NCBI GenBank assembly: GCA_944392955.1
Contig: CALXYK010000004.1
Coordinates: forward strand, 69,048 to 133,047
DNA length: 64,000 bases
Reading direction: 5' to 3'
DNA from: an uncultured Alphaproteobacteria bacterium
Lineage (GTDB): Bacteria; Pseudomonadota; Alphaproteobacteria; Rs-D84; CACZYB01
Shown here: positions 28,141 to 38,985 of the stretch, piece by piece
Numbering within the stretch: position 1 is the stretch's first letter
Layout of the letters: the number at the start of each line of letters is the position of its first letter
Notes under the pieces: generated by a model
Seen by the model: only the letters and a program-made list of their open reading frames with translations
The model's database searches: none
Told to the model about the DNA's origin: nothing
Program-made: the position numbers and the translations under genes

Positions 28141-29688
28141 TTACTTATTTTTCTTATTAAAATCAAATACTTGATAAAAATTAAACACAAAAAAGAACCC
28201 ACAAAAACAAAATATCAAAAACAACAAATTACCAGTTTTTGAAAACAAAGTCCTCTCGATTCGCAAAGGCAACACAAAATCTTTAACAATTCCTGTCATA
28301 TCATCTTTCCCAACAACAATTTTCCCATTTTCTATATATCCTAAGGCGGATATGACACTAGGCCCTAAATCTTTGTATCCAAAATTTGCAACCCTTATAA
28401 TAGGAACTCCCTCTTCAACTGCCCTAAACTTCGCTATTTCTAAATGTTGACTTTTCCCTAAATCCCCAAACCAAGCATCATTAGATATATTAACAATGAC
28501 ATCAACATCTTCTGGTACACTTAATTCTGAAAAGATTATTTCATAACAAATCAAAGGAAGTAATTTCAATGAAAAATGATTTATTGATTTTTTTTCACTT
28601 CCCTCGGAAAAATCCTTGGTCCCCTCTGTAAATTTCTTAAAAGGTAATAATTTTTTAAAAGGAATATACTCACCAAACGGAACAAGATGATGCTTATCAT
28701 ATACATGTTTTATACCATTTTTATCCAATATAGCCAACGAATTATACACATCATAATTTTGCCCAAATTCATCAAAATTATCATATCTATTGAAACCAAC
28801 AATAAGCGAAGATTTTTCGTTATTTATATTAGAATATAACATTTCATAATAACCATTATTTGTTAAATCAAAAGGCGAAGAAGTTTCCGAAAAAACAAAT
28901 AAATCAACATCTTGCCAACCATCTCTATGAGCAAGATTTATATATTTATCAACCATATTTTTATTATTTATAAGATATTGTGGAACCTGAGGATCAATTA
29001 ACCTAACCTTAAAATCGGAATATTTGGATTCTTGATATTTATTTATTCTAACCAATCCAAATATCAGCATAAATACAAAAGTAATAATAACAAAAACCCC
29101 CGTCTTACTTTTCCATGATTTCTTATAAATTAAATAAGGAAAAGATAAAACAAAAATAGTTAAAAAAGTTAAACCAAAAGAACCTACTAAACTAAGTGTT
29201 TGCATAAAAACTGGAATCCCAGACCATACCAAAGAAAACTGGTTCCACGGAAGTCCTGTAAAAATCCAACTTCTTACCCATTCAAAAAATGTCAACGACA
29301 ATGCAAATGTAAAATATCTTTTTCCCTCTGATACCTTAAAAGTGATAATTCCCGAAAATTCAATAAATAATGTCAACAAAGCAGTCAAAAGAAACAAACC
29401 TATCGGTGCAACCAAAAGAATAATTATCAAATTTTCTGGTAAGAAAAAAAATGGCTTCATAATCCAACTAAACGATATTAAATAGGAAATTTCAGTCAGC
29501 CAAAACATTCTCCAAAATGCAGTTTTTGCAGATTTTGAAACATCTATCAAATATAACATATATGATAAAAATAATGACAAACACACAACAGAAAATACTG
29601 GGAAATATAAATTAAACGGAGGATAGGCAAAACCTCCTAAAATACCAACAATAAAAAATTTTAATTTTTTATTCATATGGATTTTCAA
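28141..29688 (-). CDS. lnt: Apolipoprotein N-acyltransferase
   Basis: A 515-aa protein. The N-terminal half is polytopic. The C-terminal CN-hydrolase domain has the catalytic E/K/C triad context (FSETS..., ICYEIIF). It shows the conserved ybeY-lnt adjacency. Confidence 0.8.
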   Translation of the reverse strand: MKIHMNKKLKFFIVGILGGFAYPPFNLYFPVFSVVCLSLFLSYMLYLIDVSKSAKTAFWRMFWLTEISYLISFSWIMKPFFFLPENLIIILLVAPIGLFLLTALLTLFIEFSGIITFKVSEGKRYFTFALSLTFFEWVRSWIFTGLPWNQFSLVWSGIPVFMQTLSLVGSFGLTFLTIFVLSFPYLIYKKSWKSKTGVFVIITFVFMLIFGLVRINKYQESKYSDFKVRLIDPQVPQYLINNKNMVDKYINLAHRDGWQDVDLFVFSETSSPFDLTNNGYYEMLYSNINNEKSSLIVGFNRYDNFDEFGQNYDVYNSLAILDKNGIKHVYDKHHLVPFGEYIPFKKLLPFKKFTEGTKDFSEGSEKKSINHFSLKLLPLICYEIIFSELSVPEDVDVIVNISNDAWFGDLGKSQHLEIAKFRAVEEGVPIIRVANFGYKDLGPSVISALGYIENGKIVVGKDDMTGIVKDFVLPLRIERTLFSKTGNLLFLIFCFCGFFFVFNFYQVFDFNKKNK

Positions 29689-30139
29689 TTTTAAACCTCT
29701 TTAAAATTTTAATTTCCATTCCTTCCATAATATCTGCCTGCTCATCAGTAATATGATCAAAACCAAGCAAATGCAACACACCATGACATAAAAGATGGAT
29801 AAAATGATTTTGTAAAGGAATATTTTGCTCTGTCGCTTCTTTCAACAAAGTATCAAGAGAAATAACAATATCACCCAACAAAAACTTATCCCCCGTTTCA
29901 AATGATAAAACATTAGTTGCCTTATCCTTTTTTCTATATTTAGAATTTAAAATTTTTATTTCTTCATCATTTGTTAACACAAGACAAATTTCACTTCCTT
30001 TTAAAATAGGGAATTTTAAAACTTTAAAACATTTATAAACAACAGAATCAGCCAAAGATTGAATATCTTTAAAATAAGAATTCCACCTTTCATCATTAAT
30101 TATTAAAGATAATTTTACCTTTTTTTTACAGAAGAACAT
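29669..30139 (-). CDS. ybeY: Endoribonuclease YbeY (rRNA maturation factor)
   Basis: A 156-aa protein with the zinc-binding motif HGVLHLLGFDH (H-x3-H-x5-H). Confidence 0.8.
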   Translation of the reverse strand: MFFCKKKVKLSLIINDERWNSYFKDIQSLADSVVYKCFKVLKFPILKGSEICLVLTNDEEIKILNSKYRKKDKATNVLSFETGDKFLLGDIVISLDTLLKEATEQNIPLQNHFIHLLCHGVLHLLGFDHITDEQADIMEGMEIKILKRFKIENPYE

Positions 30140-30621
30140 TCGGTATTTTCCTCACTTGAATTTTTAAATTGCTCAACTCCTATTTCTATCATTTCCGTAA
30201 TATTAACAGAGTCCTGAGAATACTCAAACTCATCATTATTTTCCATATAATCCAAACTTCCACCAGGAAGTATTGCAATATACTTATCCCCTATTAAACC
30301 ATCAGTATATATTGCAACAGAACTATCATCAGGAATAAATATACCATTGTTTATTTGCATAAATACCTGCACAGAAAAGTCCGGCATCAATTTTAATTCT
30401 GACACACTTCCAACATCAACACCTGACAATCTAACAAAGGCCCCTTGTTTTAATTCATCTGTCTTTTTAATATTTGCTACCAATGTATAAAAATGACTTT
30501 TGCTTAAATTTTTGAAATAATCATAAACTTTAATAGATACGAACAAAACCAAAGCATAAACTAATACAGAAGCAATAAATTTTTTTATTTTTTGTTTCAG
30601 TTTTTTTCTATTCATTTCCAC
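30115..30621 (-). CDS. mlaD: MlaD/MCE-domain protein (outer-membrane lipid asymmetry, periplasmic component)
   Basis: An N-terminal TM anchor is followed by an MCE domain (FVRLSGVDVGSVSELKL...VAIYTDGLIGDKYIAILPGG). Confidence 0.6.
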   Translation of the reverse strand: MEMNRKKLKQKIKKFIASVLVYALVLFVSIKVYDYFKNLSKSHFYTLVANIKKTDELKQGAFVRLSGVDVGSVSELKLMPDFSVQVFMQINNGIFIPDDSSVAIYTDGLIGDKYIAILPGGSLDYMENNDEFEYSQDSVNITEMIEIGVEQFKNSSEENTECSSVKKR

Positions 30622-30634
30622 CTCCTAAAAACAT

Positions 30635-32008
30635 TTACACATATTTAAAGAAATTAGAAACATAATTCAAAAGTTCACTAACAGGAAGTCGTATCTGACT
30701 CATGGTATCTCTATCACGAATAGTAACAGTTTCTGGATTTTTTTCCAAAGTTTCAAAATCAATAGTAATACATAAAGGTGTTCCTATTTCATCATGTTTA
30801 CGATATGCCTTTCCAACATTTCCCGAAGTTTCCAAAACAACCTTACCAATACCTAACATCATAATCCTTGATTTAATATCTTCTGCTTTTTGCATAAGTT
30901 GTTCATTGTTTTTAGCCAACGGAATAACTGCCAATTTAACAGGAGCAAGATGAGGCTTTAACTTTAAAAATATTCTTTTATCCCCATTTTCTAGTATTTC
31001 CTCTGTATATGCATCATTCAAAATAGCAAGCATTCCTCTATCAACTCCGGCAGAAGGTTCTATAACAAAAGGAACAAAAGTTTCCTTTGTATAAGGATCG
31101 GTATAGGAAAGTTTTGCATTTGAATCTTTATTTTCTAAGACTTTTGCCTTAACCCCTAACTGTTGAGCATCTTTTGTATGGGAGCCTAAGTCAAAATCTG
31201 TTCTATTAGCAATTCCTTCTAACTCCTCCAAACCATGAGGAAATTGGTAAACTATATCGGTACAAGCCTTTGCATAATGAGCCAAATCCTCCTTTTTATG
31301 TTTTTCAAGTTGGATATTTTCTTCCGAAAGACCTTGCTTAATCCACCATTTTTTGCGTTCTTCTATCCAATATTCATGCCATTTTTCATCTTCCCCAGGC
31401 TTAACAAAGAACTCCACCTCCATCTGTTCAAATTCGCGAACACGAAATATAAAGTTTCTAGGGGTAATTTCATTTCTAAATGATTTTCCAATTTGTGCGA
31501 TTCCAAAAGGCACCTTTTTAGAAGTTGCATCCAAAACATTTTTAAAATTTACAAAAATCCCCTGTGCAGTTTCTGGTCTAAGATAGGCATAGGAATTTTC
31601 ATCAACAACAGGACCAATATTAACCTTCATCATAAGGTTAAAATCTCTTGGCTCTGTAAGATCTGTGGAACCACAAAAATCACATTTTCCCGGTTCTTTT
31701 AATTTATCAGCACGCATCCTCTGTTTACATTTTTTACAATCAACCAACGGATCTGTAAATGTTGTTTCATGACCAGAATGCCTAAAAATCAAAGGATTAG
31801 ATAAAACAGAACTATCCAAACCTTCTATATCATCTCTATCATATACAAACGATTTCCACCAGGCATTTTTCAAATTTTTCTTCAATTCTACACCAAGTGG
31901 ACCATAGTCATAAGTTCCCTTTAATCCACCATAAATTTCACCACTTTGAAAAACGAAACCACGCCTTTTGCAAAGAGAAACTAAATCATCCATACTTTTA
32001 GCAACCAT
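30635..32008 (-). CDS. glyQS: Glycine--tRNA ligase, homodimeric alpha2 (GlyQS) type
   Basis: A 457-aa protein. The N-terminus [31 protein letters not shown], class II motifs 2 and 3, and the C-terminal anticodon-binding domain are present. No separate glyQ/glyS-like genes lie adjacent. Confidence 0.85.
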   Translation of the reverse strand: MVAKSMDDLVSLCKRRGFVFQSGEIYGGLKGTYDYGPLGVELKKNLKNAWWKSFVYDRDDIEGLDSSVLSNPLIFRHSGHETTFTDPLVDCKKCKQRMRADKLKEPGKCDFCGSTDLTEPRDFNLMMKVNIGPVVDENSYAYLRPETAQGIFVNFKNVLDATSKKVPFGIAQIGKSFRNEITPRNFIFRVREFEQMEVEFFVKPGEDEKWHEYWIEERKKWWIKQGLSEENIQLEKHKKEDLAHYAKACTDIVYQFPHGLEELEGIANRTDFDLGSHTKDAQQLGVKAKVLENKDSNAKLSYTDPYTKETFVPFVIEPSAGVDRGMLAILNDAYTEEILENGDKRIFLKLKPHLAPVKLAVIPLAKNNEQLMQKAEDIKSRIMMLGIGKVVLETSGNVGKAYRKHDEIGTPLCITIDFETLEKNPETVTIRDRDTMSQIRLPVSELLNYVSNFFKYV

Positions 32009-32168
32009 AACAAAACTCCAAATTATAATTAACTGCTATAAAATACACCATAACTAAGCAAGTTTCAAGGTTTATTTTATCTAATAAAAAAAAGTAAAAA
32101 TTTGCATAAAACAACCTTTACAAATCAAAGTTTTTAGCATATTATAAAATAGTGTAAGGAAATAAAAA

Positions 32169-34343
32169 TTGAGAACAAAAGAAGAGTTAATATCAGCAAT
32201 AAAAAAATATAATCCGGATCTTCCTAACTCTGAAAAGGCAAGAATAGAATTAGCCTATACTTTTGCTCAGGAAAAACATGCTGGACAAAAAAGAGCTAGT
32301 GGCGAAGAATATTTCTCTCATCCTTTGGAAGTTGCATTCATAGCAGCAGAAGAATACGAATTAGATACCGACTCAATAATATCTGCTTTACTTCATGATG
32401 TCGTAGAAGACACAAAAACATCAATAAAAACAATAAAAAATTTATTCGGAGAAAGTGTTGCCGAACTTGTAACTGGATTAACAAAACTCCGTTCAATAAA
32501 AATAACTTCCCCTAAAATATTAAAGGCTGAAAATTATCGAAATTTTGTTCTATCTGTATCAAAGGATATTCGTGTCCTTATAATAAAATTGATAGATAGA
32601 TACCACAACATAACTACATTACAATATCACAAATCAACTGAAAAAAAACAACGTATCGCACTTGAAACGTTAACAATATATATACCTTTGGCTGAACGTA
32701 TGGGTATGGAAAAATTAAAAACTCAAATGGAAAACATTTGTTTTAAAGAACTATATCCACAGGAGTTTCATTTTATAGAAGAAAAACTTGAAACCCTAAG
32801 GAAATCTGGAACAAATTTAATTGAACCAATTGTTGATGAATTAAGTGATTTAACAACAAGACATAAAATCAAGGCCCAAATTTATGGTAGGGAAAAAAGC
32901 CCTTATTCCATATGGCGAAAAATGAATAATAAAAACATCACATTTGATGAAATATTTGATATAATTGCTTTCCGTTTTATTGTAGAAGATGTAGAAGACT
33001 GCTATAAAATCTTAGGTATGATTCACTCAACATATAAAATGATTCCTAATAGATTCAAAGATTACATTTCTACACCAAAACCAAACAAATACCAATCCTT
33101 ACACACCAGTGTTATCGGTCCATTAAACAAAAGAATAGAAATACAAATAAGAACTCGTGAAATGGATAAGGTTGCACAATACGGATATGCAGCACACTGG
33201 TTATACAAAGAAGGTAAAACAGATTTAACTTCCAAAGATTTTGACTGGTTAAGGAATATGGTTGATGCAATAAAACATGTATCCTCTCCTGATGAGATAG
33301 TAGAAAACACAAAATTATCTCCATTTATAGATTCGATTTTTTGTTTTACCCCTAACGGCGATTTAATAGATTTACCAATAGGTGCAACAGCCCTTGATTT
33401 TGCATATGAAATTCATTCTAACATAGGAAATCATTGTGTCGGTGCCAAAATTAACAAGGTAATTAAAAATATTAGAACTCCTCTTAAAACCGGAGATATG
33501 GTTGAAATCCTTACATCAAAAATACAAAATCCATCACCAGAATGGGAACGTTTTGTTGTAACATTAAAGGCAAAAAATGCGATCAAACATTACTTAAAAC
33601 AACAACGTAAACAACAAACTATATTATACGGGAAACAATTACTTCAAACATCATTTGAAAATTACAAACAACCTTTCAGTGAAAAAAAGCTAAACACTAT
33701 TTTAAATAAATATGGTGCTTCAACACTGGACGACTTATATCTTCTCATAGGGTCAAAGGAATACACTCCTGACCATATATTATTTTCCTTATACCCAGAT
33801 TTAAAAAATAAGGAACAAAAAAATAATTTCAATATAGATAGTTTCTTTAATTCCATTGCCAAAAACACCTTTGAAAAGGCAAAGGAAAAAGAAAAAATTT
33901 CTGATGGTGTTTTAGCAAATATTCCCGTTCATTTTGCAAAATGCTGCTATCCTGTTCCTGGTGATGAAATAATAGGTATAATCCATACGGGAAAGGGAAT
34001 TACCATTCACAAAAAAACATGTAATACATTAGAAAGATATAAAAACACCCCTGAAAAATTATTCAATTTAAATTGGGATGATTATAGTTCATTTAAAAAC
34101 TCTACTTTCCAAACAAAAATTGCAATACTTGCAAAAAACACACCTGGTGCATTAAACGAAATTACATCTATTTTAGCAAAGGAAAATGCAAACATAGATT
34201 ATATAAAAATTATTAGTAAAACCGAAGAATACACCGACATACTTTTTACAATAAATGTTAAAAACATTGAACATTTAAACAATATAATTTCAAATTTAAA
34301 AAATGCAAAAATGATAAATACTGTCATAAAATACAATAATTAA
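32169..34343 (+). CDS. spoT: Bifunctional (p)ppGpp synthetase/hydrolase RelA/SpoT family protein
   Basis: A 724-aa protein. The HD domain (HPLEVAFIAAE...LLHDVVEDT), the synthetase domain (RxKxxYSIW: GREKSPYSIWRKM), TGS and the C-terminal ACT region are present. The ORF track gives a TTG start. Confidence 0.85.
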   Translation: MRTKEELISAIKKYNPDLPNSEKARIELAYTFAQEKHAGQKRASGEEYFSHPLEVAFIAAEEYELDTDSIISALLHDVVEDTKTSIKTIKNLFGESVAELVTGLTKLRSIKITSPKILKAENYRNFVLSVSKDIRVLIIKLIDRYHNITTLQYHKSTEKKQRIALETLTIYIPLAERMGMEKLKTQMENICFKELYPQEFHFIEEKLETLRKSGTNLIEPIVDELSDLTTRHKIKAQIYGREKSPYSIWRKMNNKNITFDEIFDIIAFRFIVEDVEDCYKILGMIHSTYKMIPNRFKDYISTPKPNKYQSLHTSVIGPLNKRIEIQIRTREMDKVAQYGYAAHWLYKEGKTDLTSKDFDWLRNMVDAIKHVSSPDEIVENTKLSPFIDSIFCFTPNGDLIDLPIGATALDFAYEIHSNIGNHCVGAKINKVIKNIRTPLKTGDMVEILTSKIQNPSPEWERFVVTLKAKNAIKHYLKQQRKQQTILYGKQLLQTSFENYKQPFSEKKLNTILNKYGASTLDDLYLLIGSKEYTPDHILFSLYPDLKNKEQKNNFNIDSFFNSIAKNTFEKAKEKEKISDGVLANIPVHFAKCCYPVPGDEIIGIIHTGKGITIHKKTCNTLERYKNTPEKLFNLNWDDYSSFKNSTFQTKIAILAKNTPGALNEITSILAKENANIDYIKIISKTEEYTDILFTINVKNIEHLNNIISNLKNAKMINTVIKYNN

Positions 34344-34351
34344 GGTAAAAA

Positions 34352-36058
34352 ATGTTAACAAATTTATTTATTAAGAATTTCATTTTAATAGAAAGCTTAC
34401 AACTTTCTTTTGGACATAAACTAACCGTTTTAACTGGTGAAACCGGTGCTGGAAAATCAATTTTATTAGATGCCGTATCTTTTGCATTAGGTTCCCGAAG
34501 TGATACCTCACAAATAAAAATGGGATGTGATACTATGTCTGTAACTGCTAGTTTTTCAGTAGAAAAAAAACATCCCGCAATAAAATTACTAAAAGACCAA
34601 GATCTTATTTCCGAATCAGAATTAAAAGATACAAACGAAATAATTTTAAGAAGAACTTTAAACAAAGACGGAAAAAACAAGGCTTTTATAAACGATACTC
34701 CTGTAAGTTTAAGCACTCTCAAATTGATAGGTGACACTCTTATAGAAATTCACGGACAATTTGATAACCAAAGTTTATTAAACCCAGCAACACATATAAA
34801 TATTCTGGATTCATTCGGACATCTAGATAACTTAAAAAATCTATGCAAAGATGCTTATATAAATTGGCAAAACAAAAAACGCGAATTTTTAAAAATGTCC
34901 GAAGAATTTGAAAAAGCTAAACAGGACGAAGAGTACCTTAAACACAATCTTTCTGAACTTTTACAACTAAATCCACAAAAGGGTGAAGAAGAAGAACTAA
35001 ATAACAAACGACATATTTTAATGAATTCAGAAAAGATAATAACATCAATAAAAGATTCTTTTGAATACTTATCAAAATATGGTGATGAACCCGAAAAATT
35101 CATATCTAATTCTTTATATGCATTAGAACGAATTCCACAAGATGCCCAAAACGAAAAAATTCAAAATATAATAGAAGAATTAAACACATCAATATCAACA
35201 TTGTCTGATGCTTACGAAAATTTAAAACAAATTTTAAACGACAATGACAATGATACGACAACTCTTGAACAGACAGAAGAACGTCTTTTTACCATTCGTG
35301 AATTATCACGAAAACATAAGGTTTCTCCTGATGAATTACCCGCATTTACTGAACAATTAAAGGAAATAGTCAACAACATAAACAATTCTGATACAGTATT
35401 AAAAGAAAAACAAAAAGAAGAGGAAAATGCAAAACAAACTTACCTAAAAATTGCAAATGAATTATCCGAAAAACGAAGCGAAGCAGGAAAAATTTTAAGT
35501 AGTAAAGTGATGGATGAACTTCCCCCTTTAAAATTAGAAAAGGCAACATTTGAAGTAGTAATCAAACAGGAAAACGATGAAAATAAATTTTCTTCAAATG
35601 GTATAGATTCTGTATACTTTATGGGAACAACCAATTTTGGAATACCTAAAAATTACATTCATAAAATTGCCTCTGGTGGAGAATTGGCAAGATTCACACT
35701 TGCAATCAAAGTTGTTATTTCTGATTCAAATGTTATTTCTTCTATGATTTTTGATGAAATTGACACGGGAATTTCTGGTGCAACAGCAAGTGCTGTCGGC
35801 GAACGTCTTGCAAGATTAAGTAAATCTATTCAAACTTTGGTTATAACTCATTCTCCTCAGGTTGCCTCTTTTTCAAACCATCATTTCAAAGTTGAAAAAT
35901 ATTATGATGATGAAAAACAAGCAACCATCACAACCGTATCACAACTTTCTGAAAAACAACGCATATACGAAATTGCACGAATTATATCAGGTGATAAAAT
36001 CACAGATGAAGCATTAAGTGCAGCCGAAAAACTATTTATAACTTCAATAAAAGCATAA
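34352..36058 (+). CDS. recN: DNA repair protein RecN
   Basis: A 568-aa SMC-like protein. N-terminal Walker A GETGAGKS, a long coiled-coil, the C-terminal signature LSGGE... (ASGGELARFTLA) and Walker B IFDEIDTG are present. Confidence 0.85.
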   Translation: MLTNLFIKNFILIESLQLSFGHKLTVLTGETGAGKSILLDAVSFALGSRSDTSQIKMGCDTMSVTASFSVEKKHPAIKLLKDQDLISESELKDTNEIILRRTLNKDGKNKAFINDTPVSLSTLKLIGDTLIEIHGQFDNQSLLNPATHINILDSFGHLDNLKNLCKDAYINWQNKKREFLKMSEEFEKAKQDEEYLKHNLSELLQLNPQKGEEEELNNKRHILMNSEKIITSIKDSFEYLSKYGDEPEKFISNSLYALERIPQDAQNEKIQNIIEELNTSISTLSDAYENLKQILNDNDNDTTTLEQTEERLFTIRELSRKHKVSPDELPAFTEQLKEIVNNINNSDTVLKEKQKEEENAKQTYLKIANELSEKRSEAGKILSSKVMDELPPLKLEKATFEVVIKQENDENKFSSNGIDSVYFMGTTNFGIPKNYIHKIASGGELARFTLAIKVVISDSNVISSMIFDEIDTGISGATASAVGERLARLSKSIQTLVITHSPQVASFSNHHFKVEKYYDDEKQATITTVSQLSEKQRIYEIARIISGDKITDEALSAAEKLFITSIKA

Positions 36059-36071
36059 TAAGGAGTCCTAA

Positions 36072-37532
36072 ATGAATATAAAATTTACATCTGAAATAAA
36101 CAAAGATTACGATTTAACAATCATAGGTATATATAAGAAAAATAAATTTTCTAATATTGCAAATAAAACAGATAAAAAATTAAATGGCATTATCTCAAAA
36201 TCAATTAAAAATTCAACTTTCAACGGGGAAATAGGAGATTTAGTACACATACACTCTGAAAAACTTCTTATTGTTGGATTAGGTGAAGAAAAAGATTTAA
36301 CCGAAATAAATTTACAAAAAATTGGTGGAAAAATAGGCCTTATATTACAAAAGGAAAAAGTTAAAAATTCATTTATATTCTTAGATAATTTCTCAGATGA
36401 AAATAATTTTAAAATCATATATGGACTAATTTTAAAAACATATACTTTCACAAAATATAAAACTGAAAATACAGATGATAAAACAAATCAAAGCATATTT
36501 GTATATTCTCAAAATCCACAAAAATCAGAAAACGACTTCTTAAAAACAAAGGCAATAATTGATGGTATCACAACAACTCGAAACCTTGCAAATGAACCAT
36601 CAAATGTATTAACAACAACAGAATTTGTAAAAGAAGTTAAAAATTTATCAAAACTAGGTATTAAAATAGAAATCATAGATGAAAAACAATTAAAAAAAAT
36701 GGGGGCTAATCTGATTTTATCCGTTGCAAAAGGATCCGAATACCCACCGTACATAGTTTCAATGAGTTATACCGGAAACAAAAAATCCAAAAACACAATT
36801 GGAATTATAGGAAAAGGTTTATGCTTTGATAGTGGTGGTATTTCAATAAAACCATCAAAGGGAATGGATGAAATGAAAAGCGATATGACAGGTGCCGCAA
36901 CGGTAGTTGGAATTATGGAAAGTCTAGCAAAACGAAAGGCAAAAGTAAATGTCGTAGGTGTAATAGGATTGGCCGAAAATATGCCTGATGGTAATTCTTA
37001 TAAACCAGGTGATGTAATAAAGTCATTAAGTGGGAAAACTGTTGAAGTTTTAAATACCGATGCCGAAGGACGCCTTGTCTTAGGTGATTGCATAACATAC
37101 ACAATAAAAAATTTTAAACCTAACCTAATAATTGACTTTGCTACATTAACCGGTGCAATCATAATTGCATTAGGTGAAGAAATAACAGGACTATTTTCTA
37201 ACAATAAAGAATTGGCAAAAAAACTTATAACATCAGGTTTAAAAACAGGTGAAGAATTATGGCAAATGCCTATGGGAACAAAGTTCAAAAATATGATAAA
37301 ATCTAATATCGCAGATATGAACAACCTCGGAAAACCTGAACGAACCGCAAGTTCCATAACCGCAGCAGAATTCTTAGAAAATTTTGTAGAAAACGACACT
37401 CCGTGGGCTCATTTAGACATAGCAGGAACCGCATGGACTTCATCTGGTAACGATATTTCACCAAAAGGATTAACCGGTGTTGGTGTAAATCTGATAAATG
37501 AATTTATAAGTAATTATTACGAGGAAAAATAG
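36072..37532 (+). CDS. pepA: Leucyl aminopeptidase (M17)
   Basis: A 486-aa protein. The M17 signature NTDAEGRL and metal ligands (GKGLCFDSGG, ...DFATLTGA) are present. Confidence 0.85.
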   Translation: MNIKFTSEINKDYDLTIIGIYKKNKFSNIANKTDKKLNGIISKSIKNSTFNGEIGDLVHIHSEKLLIVGLGEEKDLTEINLQKIGGKIGLILQKEKVKNSFIFLDNFSDENNFKIIYGLILKTYTFTKYKTENTDDKTNQSIFVYSQNPQKSENDFLKTKAIIDGITTTRNLANEPSNVLTTTEFVKEVKNLSKLGIKIEIIDEKQLKKMGANLILSVAKGSEYPPYIVSMSYTGNKKSKNTIGIIGKGLCFDSGGISIKPSKGMDEMKSDMTGAATVVGIMESLAKRKAKVNVVGVIGLAENMPDGNSYKPGDVIKSLSGKTVEVLNTDAEGRLVLGDCITYTIKNFKPNLIIDFATLTGAIIIALGEEITGLFSNNKELAKKLITSGLKTGEELWQMPMGTKFKNMIKSNIADMNNLGKPERTASSITAAEFLENFVENDTPWAHLDIAGTAWTSSGNDISPKGLTGVGVNLINEFISNYYEEK

Positions 37533-37537
37533 AAAAT

Positions 37538-37573
37538 AAAAAAAGCACTTTTGAGATTAAAAGTGCTTTTTTA
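37538..37573. terminator. Bidirectional rho-independent terminator between pepA (+) and fabF (-)
   Basis: AAAAAAAGCACTTTT-gagatt-AAAAGTGCTTTTTTA: a palindromic stem flanked by A and T runs. Confidence 0.65.
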
Positions 37574-37587
37574 TAGTAAAATGTAAA

Positions 37588-38844
37588 TTATATCTTCTTA
37601 ATAATTACACATGCATTAGTTCCACCAAAACCAAAAGAATTAGAAAGTGCAATATCAACCTTCCTCTTTTTAGGAGTAAAAGGAACTAAATCAATACAAT
37701 CTGTGCCCTCTTCTGGATTATCAAGGTTAAGTGTAGGAGGCACAATCTGATCACGAATAGCAAGTGTACAGAAAATTGCTTCCACTGCACCTGCTGCACC
37801 TAAAAGATGACCTGTCGCAGACTTAGTAGAAGACATACAAATCTTATCCAACGCCGAAGCAAATACTTCCTTAACTGCATTGAACTCTATCATATCTCCC
37901 ATAGTAGAAGTTCCATGAGCATTTATATAATCAACATCTTCTGCTTTTATATTCGCTGATTTCAAAGCAGCTTCCATAGCACGTTTTGCACCATTTCCAT
38001 CACTAGCCGGAGCAGTCATATGATAGGCATCACCACTCATACCATAACCAATAACTTCAGCATAAATATGAGCACCTCTTGCCTTTGCGTGTTCATACTC
38101 TTCTAAAACCAAAATACCAGAACCTTCACTCATAACAAAACCATCACGGTCTTTATCCCATGGTCTACTTGCTTTTGTAGGTTCATCGTTGTGTTGAGAC
38201 AAAGCCTTTGTTGCACTGAAACCTGCAACACCCATAGGATTCACAGCCGCTTCTGCACCACCTGCAATCATAACATCTGCATCACCTAACATAATCAATC
38301 TAGTTGCATCACCTATTGCATGAGTTCCAGTTGCACAAGCTGTCACAACAGAATGATTTGGTCCTTTAAACCCATATTTAATAGAAACATGTCCCGAAGC
38401 TAAATTTATCAACGAAGCAGGAATAAAGAAAGGTGATACCTTTGCAGTATCTTTTTCAACCATTCCTTTTGCAGTTTCATAAATAGTTCCCAAACCACCG
38501 ATACCAGAACCTATCATAACACCAGTTCTACACCTATCTTCATCAGATTCCGGTTTCCAATTTGCATCTGTAACAGCATCTTCCGCAGCCACCATAGCAT
38601 ATTGAATAAACTTATCCATCTTCTTTATATCTTTAAATGGAATAACTGTTTCAGGATTGAAATCGTTTTCACCTGTTCCAACAGAAATCTCTCCTGCTAT
38701 TTTTGTAGAAAATTTTTCGGTATCAAAACCTTCTATTTTTTTTATTGCAGATTTAGATTGCAAAAGTCCATCTTCCCAATTTGCCTTTATTCCACGACCA
38801 AATGGACTAACTATTCCGATACCTGTAATAACAACACGTCTCAT
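37588..38844 (-). CDS. fabF: 3-oxoacyl-ACP synthase II
   Basis: The KAS active-site Cys context (HSVVTACATG), the His/His motifs (HGTST, ...TGHLLGAAG) and the C-terminal GFGGTNACVI are present. The start is set at the internal ATG (MRRVVITGIGIVSP), giving about 418 aa. Confidence 0.85.
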   Translation of the reverse strand: MRRVVITGIGIVSPFGRGIKANWEDGLLQSKSAIKKIEGFDTEKFSTKIAGEISVGTGENDFNPETVIPFKDIKKMDKFIQYAMVAAEDAVTDANWKPESDEDRCRTGVMIGSGIGGLGTIYETAKGMVEKDTAKVSPFFIPASLINLASGHVSIKYGFKGPNHSVVTACATGTHAIGDATRLIMLGDADVMIAGGAEAAVNPMGVAGFSATKALSQHNDEPTKASRPWDKDRDGFVMSEGSGILVLEEYEHAKARGAHIYAEVIGYGMSGDAYHMTAPASDGNGAKRAMEAALKSANIKAEDVDYINAHGTSTMGDMIEFNAVKEVFASALDKICMSSTKSATGHLLGAAGAVEAIFCTLAIRDQIVPPTLNLDNPEEGTDCIDLVPFTPKKRKVDIALSNSFGFGGTNACVIIKKI

Positions 38845-38945
38845 AAAAAACTCCTTTTTTTTATTTGAATTCAGGAAAAATATACAACGATTAGTTATAT
38901 TTTTCAAGAAGAATTAAAAAAAGTTAAGACAAATTTCCTAAAAAA

Positions 38946-38981
38946 TAAAATAACAAAAATCCCTCTATAAATAGAGGGATA
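38946..38981 (-). terminator. Rho-independent terminator downstream of rpoD
   Basis: On the minus strand the sequence reads ATCCCTCTAT-tta-TAGAGGGATTTTTGTTATTTT. Confidence 0.6.
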
Positions 38982-38985
38982 AAAA

